A stretch of 32,000 nucleotides of DNA from Synechocystis sp. PCC 6803 substr. PCC-P (GCF_000284455.1 NC_017039.1:420001-452000); one strand, 5' to 3'. Shown: positions 1-8,700, counted from the first letter of the stretch. Notes: generated from the letters alone by a model not told the origin. Made by a program: numbers and translations.

Positions 1-366
1 GTGGTGGGCAGTAATATTTTTAATATTTTGGCCGTATTGGGTTTTGCCGCCATTTTTTCCCCCAACGGTATCCAGGTTTCTAACTCTGCTTTTAACTTTG
101 ATATTCCTGTGATGTTTGCCGTTGCCCTAGTTTGTTTGCCTGTCTTTATTACCGGCAGATTAATTGACCGCTGGGAGGGCTTTTTATTCCTGTTCTATTA
201 CATTGCCTACACTGCCTATTTGGTGCTTGATGCTACCCACAATCAGAATTTACATATATTTAATAATGTGATTCTTTTTGTGGTTATTCCCGCAACGGCG
301 ATCGCCCTAGGACTATCCCTTATCCCCGATTTAGTGAGGGGGAAAAAAAACGATACCGGAATCTAA
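1..366 (+). CDS. Na+/Ca2+ exchanger (CaCA) family membrane protein, C-terminal part; 5' end outside the window
   Basis: Open frame from base 1 to the stop at 366; starts VVGSNIFNILAVLG, the conserved alpha-repeat motif (GSNxFN) of CaCA exchangers, followed by hydrophobic segments. Confidence 0.8.
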   Translation: MVGSNIFNILAVLGFAAIFSPNGIQVSNSAFNFDIPVMFAVALVCLPVFITGRLIDRWEGFLFLFYYIAYTAYLVLDATHNQNLHIFNNVILFVVIPATAIALGLSLIPDLVRGKKNDTGI

Positions 367-594
367 TTTCCACCAAAGCCCATTGGGCACCGGATAATTT
401 GCCTTGACTGATATGCTCCCACCCGTTTAAACGATTGACAATCCAACGATTAAACCTTTGACCCTAGTAAGGGTTCTGTTTTGACCTTTCAGATAGACCA
501 GGGGGAATGGGCAACACAGGGAACTTCAGGGGTAAAAACGTTAAGCTAAAACAGAACTGGGCACTCTGCCTGGGGTTGACTGTTTGGGAGCAAA

Positions 595-1833
595 TTGGTT
601 GCCATGTTACGTCTCATCACCCAGTCCGGTGACATTGTTCAGGAGTTGCGACGTTTACATCATCGTCCCGTTCCTTCCCCCTGGCCGGTCATGGCCCAGG
701 TGGTGGCGGCGATGGAGCATTGGGCTGCCATGGACCAGGATGCTCCCCCCAGAGTTAGTGGAGCGGAGTTGGATGCGGCTTATCAACGCATTAGCCAGGA
801 AAAATTGTCGGTGATTCGCCAGGCTTGCGCTGCCCTGGAGCAGGTTTACCGCCCGCAACTGCCCAAGACCCAAGTAAGCTTTCCGGAAGATGGCACAGTG
901 CGGGGACAAAGGTTTTATCCGGTCAGAAGAGCTGGTTTTTATCTAGAAGCAAAAAGGGGCGATGCCCTGGGCAATTTACTCCGCCAGGGGATGTTGGCCA
1001 AGACTGTGGGGGTGGCGGAACGGGTTTTGGTGACGGAAACCATTAGTTCGACTATTTTGGTGGCGGCCCAGGAAATGGGCATTGAAGAAATTTATCTGGC
1101 CGCTGGGGTGCCGGCGATCGCCATGCTGACCTGGGGAGCAAAAAATATTGCCCCGGTGGAGTCCATTACAGGGGCAGGCTGCCCAAGGGTGATGGCGGCT
1201 AAACAATTGGTGAGTGGTGTGGTAACCATTGACCAAACCCTGGCTAGGACAAATTTAATGGTGCTAGCGGACGGTGAAGCTAACGGACAATGGCTAGCCC
1301 TGGATTTGTTAGCCCATGCCGAACAATATCCCAATGCCAGCGCAGTGCTACTGACCGATCGCCTGGAGTTGGGGGAAGAGGTGATTCAATCAGTCAATCG
1401 CTATTGTCGGGAGCAGGAACATTCTGTACATACGGAAAAGGCTTTGGCCCATTACGGCCTAGTGGCGATCGTCGAAGACCTAGAGGCCTGTGGAAGTTGG
1501 ATCAATGAGTTTTGCCCCCATATTTTACTGTTAGCCATGGAAGACCCCTGGACCATGGTGGAGAAAGTTCAGCGAGCCAGGGAAATTTACATCGGCCACC
1601 GCAGTCCGAGCATTTTGGGTCATTACCTCAGTGGGGCCAACCGTCTGCAAACCCAGGATGGGGCCATGGCCACCGCTAGTGAATTGGCATTCCATTGTTT
1701 TCTGCGCTCCAGTCAATTACTCGACTACGGCAATAATCCACCGCCCCCTTGGTTAAAGGATTTGGTCAATTGGCAAGGCCTGACGGCGATCGAGGAACGC
1801 TTGGGGCAATTGGGTCGACTCAAGGAAAGTTAG
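595..1833 (+). CDS. Histidinol dehydrogenase-like protein, divergent paralogue probably catalytically inactive
   Basis: 412 aa. HisD-like blocks: GQRFYPVRRAGFYL, ILVAAQEMGIEEIYLAAGVPAIAMLTWG, ITGAGCPRVMAAKQLV, NEFCPHILLLAMEDP, IYIGHRSPSILGHYLSGANRLQTQDG. Catalytic and metal positions are altered (see findings). Confidence 0.8.
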   Translation: MVAMLRLITQSGDIVQELRRLHHRPVPSPWPVMAQVVAAMEHWAAMDQDAPPRVSGAELDAAYQRISQEKLSVIRQACAALEQVYRPQLPKTQVSFPEDGTVRGQRFYPVRRAGFYLEAKRGDALGNLLRQGMLAKTVGVAERVLVTETISSTILVAAQEMGIEEIYLAAGVPAIAMLTWGAKNIAPVESITGAGCPRVMAAKQLVSGVVTIDQTLARTNLMVLADGEANGQWLALDLLAHAEQYPNASAVLLTDRLELGEEVIQSVNRYCREQEHSVHTEKALAHYGLVAIVEDLEACGSWINEFCPHILLLAMEDPWTMVEKVQRAREIYIGHRSPSILGHYLSGANRLQTQDGAMATASELAFHCFLRSSQLLDYGNNPPPPWLKDLVNWQGLTAIEERLGQLGRLKES

Positions 1834-1838
1834 AAAAG

Positions 1839-1864
1839 TATAGTAGTTTCAAATAAGGCTGAGA
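1839..1864 (+). repeat. Left terminal inverted repeat of the IS, including the TA
   Basis: TATAGTAGTTTCAAATAAGGCTGAGA against the reverse complement of the right end, TATAGTCACTTCAATTAACGATGAGA. Confidence 0.85.
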
Positions 1865-1866
1865 CG

Positions 1867-2361
1867 CTAAACGCCACAGTAAGAACGGATAATTTCATCA
1901 AGAGACGTGTCAATAGGAGCGTACATTCTAGCTCGTTTCAAGGCACTAAAGTCATGCTCAATATCATTTAAATCAGGAGAATATTTCGGCAAAAAAAGAA
2001 CTTCATGACCTGCTTCTTTAGCCAATTCTTTAATGGCAGTTTTACGATGAATAGGAGCATTATCCATTATTAATATTGATGGAATGTCGAGGGAGGGTAG
2101 TAAATATAATTTTAACCATCCTTCAAAGCCTTCTGCATTCAAACTCCCAGTAAAAACCATCGGTGCAATCAAATCTTTTTTTCCTTTTCTTCTCCCTGCT
2201 ACTAGATTTTCTCTGACTCCCCTTTTTCCTTGTCTATCTCCATAAACTTTTTTTCCTTTTTTTGACCAGGCATAAATACAAGCCTGGATTGCTTCGAATC
2301 CAGATTCATCTATGTAAACTATAGCTTGACTACCATAGAGCTTGATTAGTTCTCTTAACAT
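1867..2361 (-). CDS. Transposase C-terminal part, DDE domain (second frame)
   Basis: IVYIDESGFE, ILIMDNAPIHRK and FLPKYSPDLNDIEHDFSALKR are the IS630/Tc1 DDE motifs. The frame is open back to the A9 run at 2413-2421. Confidence 0.9.
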   Translation of the reverse strand: MLRELIKLYGSQAIVYIDESGFEAIQACIYAWSKKGKKVYGDRQGKRGVRENLVAGRRKGKKDLIAPMVFTGSLNAEGFEGWLKLYLLPSLDIPSILIMDNAPIHRKTAIKELAKEAGHEVLFLPKYSPDLNDIEHDFSALKRARMYAPIDTSLDEIIRSYCGV

Positions 2362-2714
2362 TCTATAGTACTTAACTCGTTCCTCCCGGTTTCTTTCTCG
2401 ATAACGTAGTTCTTTTTTTTTCTGTTTATTTTCATTTTCTTTAATGCGTAATATACGACACTCGGCCTCACTCCAAATTTCTTGGCTCTGTCTATCAATC
2501 TTGCATCGGGATTTTCTTCTACGTCTTTTTTTAGAGCTTCCCAGTCTAATTTCCTATGGCGACGCTCTACTTTTGTTGGGCTTAAATCTACTCTATTTAA
2601 CCATCTGTATATCGAGGCTTTTCCTATTTTATATATCTTGGAAGCCTCAGTTATTTTTCCTCCAGCTTCTATATAAGCTACTACCCTTTGCCTTAAATCT
2701 AAACTGTAAGCCAT
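2355..2714 (-). CDS. Transposase N-terminal part, helix-turn-helix domain (first frame)
   Basis: MAYSLDLRQRVVAYIEAGGKITEASKIYKIGKASIYRWLNR is an IS630-type HTH; the frame loses transposase-like sequence after RKKK. Confidence 0.9.
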   Translation of the reverse strand: MAYSLDLRQRVVAYIEAGGKITEASKIYKIGKASIYRWLNRVDLSPTKVERRHRKLDWEALKKDVEENPDARLIDRAKKFGVRPSVVYYALKKMKINRKKKNYVIEKETGRNELSTIEC

Positions 2715-2762
2715 TGTTTAAACCTGTTCATTTTGTACACCCCATAATTTTACATTAAATTC

Positions 2763-2788
2763 TCTCATCGTTAATTGAAGTGACTATA
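2763..2788 (-). repeat. Right terminal inverted repeat of the IS, including the TA
   Basis: Reverse complement is TATAGTCACTTCAATTAACGATGAGA. Confidence 0.85.
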
Positions 2789-2873
2789 ACGACCACAAAA
2801 ATGCTAATGCGTTGTAGGTTTCTGGACAGAAGGTCTACCTGCCTAAGCCAACCATGGGAACCAAAACCGCCCC

Positions 2874-3581
2874 TTAATCAGGGTCTTCAAACTTATAGCC
2901 CAAACCGATCACCGTTTTAATAAAAGTAGGATTAGCGGGGTCCGGTTCAATTTTCTTGCGTAATCGACGAATGTGGGTATCCACCACCCGTTCATCGCCA
3001 AAAAAATCATTGCCCCACAACTTTTCAATTAATTGGGTCCGATTCCAGACCCGCCCCGGATAGCTCATAAACGTAGCTAATAAATTAAATTCCAACCCGG
3101 TCAACTCCAACTCTTCCTGGCGATCGCCCTGGTAACGACTCGCCTGATGTTGGTCTAGGTCCACCTGAAAATGGTTTGTACGATAAATTTGTCCCACTGG
3201 TTGCCCCTGGCGCAATTGCCGCCGCAATAGGGCCCGTACCCTAGCGACCAATTCCCTCGGACTGAAGGGTTTGACCAAATAATCATCGGCCCCGGTGGAG
3301 AGGCCAATAATGCGGTCGATCTCCTCCCCTTTGGCGGTCAACATCAGAATATAGGGGTCTTTGCTGCCCGGTTGTTGGCGAATGCGGGTACAAACTTCCA
3401 GTCCATCCAATTTGGGTAACATCAAATCCAACACAATTAAATCTGGAACCTGTTCCTGGAAAATTCTTAAACCAGTTTCTCCATCATTGGTGACAATGCA
3501 GGTAAACTGTTCTCGCTCCAACGTTTCCCTGATTAGCTGGGCGATTTCCTGGTCATCTTCCACGATTAAAATGTTGGGCAT
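2874..3581 (-). CDS. OmpR/PhoB-type response regulator (orphan: no histidine kinase in the window)
   Basis: MPNILIVEDDQEI, IVLDLMLPKLDG, LTAKG, DDYLVKPFSPREL receiver motifs and a C-terminal winged helix (ERVVDTHIRRLRKKIE...GLGYKF). The track start at 3611 gives MWGNRTEFIA before the more typical MPNILIVEDD start at 3581. Confidence 0.92.
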   Translation of the reverse strand: MPNILIVEDDQEIAQLIRETLEREQFTCIVTNDGETGLRIFQEQVPDLIVLDLMLPKLDGLEVCTRIRQQPGSKDPYILMLTAKGEEIDRIIGLSTGADDYLVKPFSPRELVARVRALLRRQLRQGQPVGQIYRTNHFQVDLDQHQASRYQGDRQEELELTGLEFNLLATFMSYPGRVWNRTQLIEKLWGNDFFGDERVVDTHIRRLRKKIEPDPANPTFIKTVIGLGYKFEDPD

Positions 3582-3591
3582 GGCAATAAAT

Positions 3592-4674
3592 TCAGTCCTG
3601 TTCCCCCACATTGCGACTATTACGCCACACTTGCCAGCCGAGATAAATCAACAGCACAGTGGCGCCAATGGCAAAGCCCCAACCGCTGGGAATATTGGAA
3701 AATCCCAAAGCTAGGCTACCGGCCCAGAGAGTAAGAGCATAGATAAACAGTACCGTTAGACGATGGGAAATACCGGCATTGATCAAACGATGGTGCAGGT
3801 GACCCTTATCCGCCTTAAAGGGGGATTTTCCCTTAATAACCCGGGAGAGAATCACCACCGACATATCTAAAATTGGCACCGCCAGCACCAGATAGGGCAA
3901 TAAAACCGCCGTCACCGCCACCGTGGCCATGGCTGCCACTTTCACCAGGCCAATTACTGCTACGGCCCCCAAGGTAAAACCCATAAAGTAGGCTCCCCCA
4001 TCCCCCATGAAAATCTGGGCAGGATTGAAGTTATAGCGCAAAAAACCCAGGGCCCCCCCGGCCAGGGCTGCTGCAATCAAGGCCGCCTCCGATTGTTCCA
4101 TAAACAAACAGAGGACAAATAGCACCACTGCGGCAATGCCACAGACCCCCGCTGCTAAACCATCCAAGCCGTCAATCCAGTTAATGGCGTTGGCCAAACC
4201 CACTAACCAAATCACCGTAATAGGCAAACTTAAAATGTTTAGGTACACCAAGTTTCCCAGGAAGGGCAGGGTAAAAAAGTCAATTCTGACTCCCATATTC
4301 CACACCACCGAGGCGATCGCCACCTGGGCCAATAAACGGGAAAAAGGACTCAGATCGAACAGGTCATCAAATAAACCAATGCCAAAAAAGGCTAAACCCC
4401 CCAGCACTACGCCCCAGACTTCCCATTCCCCTTTGGTACTCATGGCACCGAAGGCCCCAAGATTCCAAACCACCAACAGGGCCACTAAGCTACCGAGGAA
4501 AATGGATACTCCCCCTAGGCGCACCATGGGTCGATGATGCATTTTGCGAGCACTGGGTTGGTCTACATAACCGGCCCTCCGTCCCCAATGGTTAATCAAT
4601 GGTGTCGTGAACCAAACCACAATCACCGCCAAAATAAATGCAATGAGATAATATTGACCGCCGAGCATGGGCAA
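3592..4674 (-). CDS. WecA/MraY-family undecaprenyl-phosphate sugar-1-phosphate transferase
   Basis: Multiple TM segments with HHRPMVRLGG, GLFDDLFDLSP, NAINWIDGLDGLAAG, NPAQIFMGDGGAYFMGF and HLHHRL motifs. Confidence 0.92.
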   Translation of the reverse strand: MPMLGGQYYLIAFILAVIVVWFTTPLINHWGRRAGYVDQPSARKMHHRPMVRLGGVSIFLGSLVALLVVWNLGAFGAMSTKGEWEVWGVVLGGLAFFGIGLFDDLFDLSPFSRLLAQVAIASVVWNMGVRIDFFTLPFLGNLVYLNILSLPITVIWLVGLANAINWIDGLDGLAAGVCGIAAVVLFVLCLFMEQSEAALIAAALAGGALGFLRYNFNPAQIFMGDGGAYFMGFTLGAVAVIGLVKVAAMATVAVTAVLLPYLVLAVPILDMSVVILSRVIKGKSPFKADKGHLHHRLINAGISHRLTVLFIYALTLWAGSLALGFSNIPSGWGFAIGATVLLIYLGWQVWRNSRNVGEQD

Positions 4675-4795
4675 AGATGGGATTGGGAAGGGTTTAGGAT
4701 AAAGTTTACCCCATATTTGTACGGTGCTTAGCCACTGTTACCCAGGCAGTAAAGACTTTGGTATGGCCCCTAGAATTTGGCTCCGATGCTGGGGG

Positions 4796-5566
4796 TTAAA
4801 CTAAGTCAAACCGTTGACCCCGCTTAACAAAGCCCAGAAAGCCATCTTCCAACGCGGGCGGCAATGGCCCCGGTTGGTAGCCATAGAGCCACATTTTTGC
4901 TTTGATGGCGGCGGGCAGTTTACGCAACTCGTTGTAATGGGCGTGGACGGGGCTGGGATAGGGGGAAATTTCGCAATCATGGAAAATGATATCGGCCCGA
5001 TGAAAATATTCCTGCAGGCGATCGTAGCTAAATTTGGTGTCGTTGCTAAAGAAAACTTGGAAGTGATTGACCGTGAAAAAAAGACCATAGGCGGGCATCA
5101 ACATTGACCCCGTATCCACATGGTTGAGCTTAATTAATTGGAAGTTAACATTTTCCCAAGTGAACGTTTCTCCTGGTCCCAAGGCGTGGATCTGAAAATA
5201 GCTATCAACTTCCGTCATTCCTCCTTCAATGGCTTCCATCCCCCCGGCCAGGGAACGCTCCCATAAATCCGCCGCAATATCCTGACTTAGATATAAGTTG
5301 GGTTTGCCGCAGTTGGGGTCAAACATGGTGCTAAAACCAACGTATTCTAATCCCCCCACATGGTCTGAATGGAGATGGCTAACGTAGATATCGGTGATGT
5401 CCCGATGACTCAGGCCGAGGGCGTAGAGGGAAAAACGAATGTCGGTGCCACAATCAATTAGGAACTTTTTGCCGTTATCGAGGGTGAGAATGGCATTGGA
5501 TTGAAAATTGTCCGCCCCCACCGTGAAAGCAGAGCCGGAGCCAAGAAAGGTTAGGTTAGCGGCCAC
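4796..5566 (-). CDS. MBL-fold metallo-hydrolase
   Basis: Canonical SHLHSDHVGG motif (HxHxDH), FLGSGSAF start, KLNHVDTGS and FHDCE metal-ligand-like motifs. Confidence 0.88.
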   Translation of the reverse strand: MAANLTFLGSGSAFTVGADNFQSNAILTLDNGKKFLIDCGTDIRFSLYALGLSHRDITDIYVSHLHSDHVGGLEYVGFSTMFDPNCGKPNLYLSQDIAADLWERSLAGGMEAIEGGMTEVDSYFQIHALGPGETFTWENVNFQLIKLNHVDTGSMLMPAYGLFFTVNHFQVFFSNDTKFSYDRLQEYFHRADIIFHDCEISPYPSPVHAHYNELRKLPAAIKAKMWLYGYQPGPLPPALEDGFLGFVKRGQRFDLV

Positions 5567-5569
5567 AAT

Positions 5570-7840
5570 CTAGCCCCCCTGAGCGGAAGCAATGGCCGCG
5601 GGCTGGGCCAGTGCTCCTTGGTAAAGTTGATAAAAACGCTGGGCGATGTCGGTGGGCATTGCAGAAAAATGGACGTAAAAACCGTGACTTTCCCCAGGGG
5701 CTAAGTCTAATACTTTGGCGTAGAGTGCCGGTGTTTTTCCTGGCTCTCCGTCTTCTCTCAGGTTAATTTTAATATTGGTTAGACCCTCTGGACAGTTGTG
5801 GTTTGGAGAAATCTGAATAAATCCCCCTTTAGCGGAGATTTGCTGCAACGTACCGGGAATTACTGCGTCGGTGATATGTTTTCCTTCCAAGCAGATGTAT
5901 TCCAGGGATAGGGGCTGGGGGATGGGAACATATTTTTGTTCTTCCACCGCTAAGGAGAGATTATAGGGCTCCCCCACACCGGCCACGTCCCAAATGACGA
6001 CGGGATCCTTCACTCCTTTGGGTTGCACGGTTCTGTTCCCGTTAACGTGAACCCGATCGCCAGCGGCCTCTAGGGTAGTGGAGGAAATGAAAATTTGTCC
6101 CCCGGTGGTGTAGGACTCAATACGATAGGTGAGGTTAACTTGTGCTCCCACCACGCCATACTTGGTGCGCTTTTCAGAACCAATGTTGCCCACTACCACT
6201 TCGCCGGTATTGATGCCAATGCCCATTTCTAAAGGTTGTAGCCCCAATCCCGTCACCTGTTGATTTACTTCCCGTAGGGCCAGTTGCATTTCCACCCCAC
6301 AGGCCACCGCCCGCAGCGCGTCGTCTTGCTGGGAAGTGGGAGCCCCAAATAGCACCAAAATGCCGTCCCCCATAAATTCGTCAATGGTGCCGCCATGGTG
6401 GGTAATGACATCGGCCATTTTGCCAAAGTAGATATTTAAAACCTTAACCACTTCCTCGGGGTTTAATCCTTCGGAGGTGCTAGTAAATCCCCTTAAATCT
6501 GAAGTAAGGATAGTGATGGGACGGCGATCGCCTCCCATTTTTAGTCCTTCGGGGTTTTCCAGTAGGGTGGCCACCACTTGATCGGTCAAATAACGGCCAA
6601 AAGTGTTGCGGACTTGGACCCCAGCCCGGGCCATCCAGGTGACAATAAATACCCCCGATCCTAATAAACCCAACATGGGGGGAATAACGGGCAACCACCA
6701 CCCAGCCAGCAATGCGCCATAGCTAATGGCCAGTAACGCTCCTAAGCTGCCCACAATGGCGGCGATCGGCAACCATTGCCCTCCGGAACGACGGGTAGCA
6801 TAGCGTAACTGCCAGGTAATCACCGCTCCGAAAAAAGACCAGAGCCCTACCCAAAGCCATTCCACCGGTTCAGACCAACTTTTCAGGAGGGGTTGACCTT
6901 CCATGCCAGCGTTAAGGATTTGGCTGATGATATTGCCGTGGATCTCCACCCCCGGCACGGCTCTGGACAAACCAAAAGTACTGCTATTGGGGGTGAAATA
7001 TAAATCCTTGAAGCTTTCCCCCACCTTACCCAAGAGGATGATTTTGCCCTTGCCCCAATCCGCCGGCAGTTTATCCTCCAACACATCAGTGAGGGAAACT
7101 TTGGGAAAAGTGGATTGATAATCAATCAGTAATTGAAAGCCCCCATCATCCGCTCGAATATAACCACCGCTGTCCGACTGGAGAGGGGAAAATGTCACTT
7201 GGTTTAGGCGAAAGTCATCACTGCCCTCCCGCACCGGTTCCGGATAAATTTTTAGGCTATCTAAAAAATGCAGAGCCAGATGTAGCCCAAAGCTGTAATG
7301 GGGTTCCCCGTCCCGCACCAAATAAATAAAGCCCCGGCGGACAATATTGTCGGCATCAATGATCAAATCATTGGCTCCGACTTGATTATTTTCCTTCAAC
7401 AATGGTGGGGGATTAACGGTTTCAATGCCCGGTTTACCCGCTACCTTCTCAATGCCCACCAAATTAGGGGTACTGGTGAATACTGCCGCTAACTCGTCTG
7501 TGCCCGGTGGCATGGGTAAATCCCGGTAGAGATCCAGCCCGATCGCCGCTGGTTGTTGGGCCTTCAGCTTGGTCAGAATTTTGGCCAGCAGTTGATCATC
7601 AATGATGGGGGTGTTGAGGTAGGTGACGTCCTGTTCATCAATGCCGACAATGACAATGCGGTCATCTTCGTGCCTTGGTAAAAGCCTTACCCCAGCATCG
7701 TAGCTCTGCCATTCCAGCACCTGTAAAAGCCCTGTAAAGCGGAGCAAAATCACCATGGCCGTCACAGCAGGGGTCGCAATCCAAATACCCCGGGATTGCC
7801 AAACAAACCTTTTCCAAGCTGACGGTATGGTCCAACCCAT
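5570..7840 (-). CDS. cya2: CHASE2 sensor - TM - class III guanylyl cyclase with C-terminal PilZ-like extension
   Basis: N-terminal CHASE2 pattern (VGIDEQDVTYL...ILTKLKAQQPAAIGLDLYRD), three TM segments, cyclase core RPITILTSDLRGFTSTSE...FMGDGILVLFG...YGVVGAQVNLTYRIE. The core matches my recollection of Synechocystis Cya2 (sll0646). Confidence 0.92.
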   Translation of the reverse strand: MGWTIPSAWKRFVWQSRGIWIATPAVTAMVILLRFTGLLQVLEWQSYDAGVRLLPRHEDDRIVIVGIDEQDVTYLNTPIIDDQLLAKILTKLKAQQPAAIGLDLYRDLPMPPGTDELAAVFTSTPNLVGIEKVAGKPGIETVNPPPLLKENNQVGANDLIIDADNIVRRGFIYLVRDGEPHYSFGLHLALHFLDSLKIYPEPVREGSDDFRLNQVTFSPLQSDSGGYIRADDGGFQLLIDYQSTFPKVSLTDVLEDKLPADWGKGKIILLGKVGESFKDLYFTPNSSTFGLSRAVPGVEIHGNIISQILNAGMEGQPLLKSWSEPVEWLWVGLWSFFGAVITWQLRYATRRSGGQWLPIAAIVGSLGALLAISYGALLAGWWLPVIPPMLGLLGSGVFIVTWMARAGVQVRNTFGRYLTDQVVATLLENPEGLKMGGDRRPITILTSDLRGFTSTSEGLNPEEVVKVLNIYFGKMADVITHHGGTIDEFMGDGILVLFGAPTSQQDDALRAVACGVEMQLALREVNQQVTGLGLQPLEMGIGINTGEVVVGNIGSEKRTKYGVVGAQVNLTYRIESYTTGGQIFISSTTLEAAGDRVHVNGNRTVQPKGVKDPVVIWDVAGVGEPYNLSLAVEEQKYVPIPQPLSLEYICLEGKHITDAVIPGTLQQISAKGGFIQISPNHNCPEGLTNIKINLREDGEPGKTPALYAKVLDLAPGESHGFYVHFSAMPTDIAQRFYQLYQGALAQPAAIASAQGG

Positions 7841-7878
7841 TAATGTTCTCTGGTATTTCCTTTAGTTTTCTCCGGTGG

Positions 7879-8700
7879 TCAGTTAGCAGAGGCGGAAGTT
7901 TTGACCATTTGGCAACATTCCACCACGGGGGCCTCCGCCCAGGTTTTAAATCCCCCCGACTCCAGAAATTCCTGCCATTCTTCGGGTTCCTCCTTGGCGA
8001 TCGCCGCTAGGGCATTCAGGGCATCCAACCACAGGCCCTGTTCCGCATAAAATGCCGCCTTTGCTAGGGAAGAATCAGGCTTAGTGGGGGAAGGAGCTAG
8101 GGGAGTATAGTTCACTGTCAGCTCCACTGTGAGATTATCTGCGGCGTTATTGGCATCACAAATAAGGGTCAAAGTAACGTTATAAAAATCATCCTTAATG
8201 GCATTATCCGGCAAGGTAACAGGGAAACGAACAATGCCCCCTTCCTTCGACACAGCGAAAGTCGTTTGATTTTGCGCCTTAGTAATGGGGTCTGCCAACT
8301 GTACCTTGGCTGTCACCTCCGACTGGGGAGGCACATAGGCATAGATAAAAGTTTCTTTGTTGGCGGTATTGTGGAAGCCGCTGCCTTGGTTATAATCACC
8401 GGGAATTAAAAGCTGAAAGGGTAAGTTAGCCTTGGTTAAACAACTACCACCGCTAGTTTGTCTGACTCCCCCACCCCCACTGGTGGCCGTTTGTCCTCGG
8501 TCAGTATTTGCTTGAGGAAACTTTAGGGCTATTAACTGGGAGGAAGATTTAACCGTGGAGCCATAGGAGGGGGAAATACCAAAGGGGAAAGCGAGGGCTA
8601 AACCCATCAATCCAGCAAAAAGTAACTTTCCTGGGCGGTTAGACATAATTAACGCTGCCTGGGCAGGACAAAGGGCAAAAACAGAGTCATTTTTACCCAA
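7879..8700 (-). CDS. DUF928-family secreted protein
   Basis: Signal peptide-like N-terminus (LLFAGLMGLALAFPFGISPSYG), GGSCL, FIYAYVPP, GGIVRFPVTLP, TLICD, KAAFYAEQGLWLDALNALA, matching the DUF928 pattern. An alternative start MSNRPGK lies at about 8646. Confidence 0.7.
   Translation of the reverse strand: MGKNDSVFALCPAQAALIMSNRPGKLLFAGLMGLALAFPFGISPSYGSTVKSSSQLIALKFPQANTDRGQTATSGGGGVRQTSGGSCLTKANLPFQLLIPGDYNQGSGFHNTANKETFIYAYVPPQSEVTAKVQLADPITKAQNQTTFAVSKEGGIVRFPVTLPDNAIKDDFYNVTLTLICDANNAADNLTVELTVNYTPLAPSPTKPDSSLAKAAFYAEQGLWLDALNALAAIAKEEPEEWQEFLESGGFKTWAEAPVVECCQMVKTSASAN

Larger units (their letters stand above)
1839..2788 (-). mobile_element. ISY100-like insertion sequence (IS630-Tc1/mariner superfamily), including flanking TA target duplications
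   Basis: Imperfect terminal inverted repeats (20/26 matches) at 1839-1864 and 2763-2788, both beginning TATAGT; TA at both edges; encloses a transposase split in two frames. Core 1841-2786 is 946 bp. Confidence 0.93.

Noticed and set aside
595-1833. Idea that the IS truncated the HisD-like gene
   Set aside because: The native-looking C-terminus and stop codon (1831-1833) lie before the IS boundary at 1839-1841, so the ORF is not interrupted.
4136-5107. Plus-strand ORFs 4136-4537, 4534-4731 and 4814-5107 opposite the WecA-like and MBL genes
   Set aside because: Shadow ORFs antisense to strong, motif-bearing genes; low-complexity translations with no family signature.
5570-7840. Class III cyclase considered as part of a Pycsar-type antiphage system
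   Set aside because: It has a CHASE2 sensor and TM segments typical of housekeeping signalling and no adjacent cyclic-nucleotide-sensing effector.
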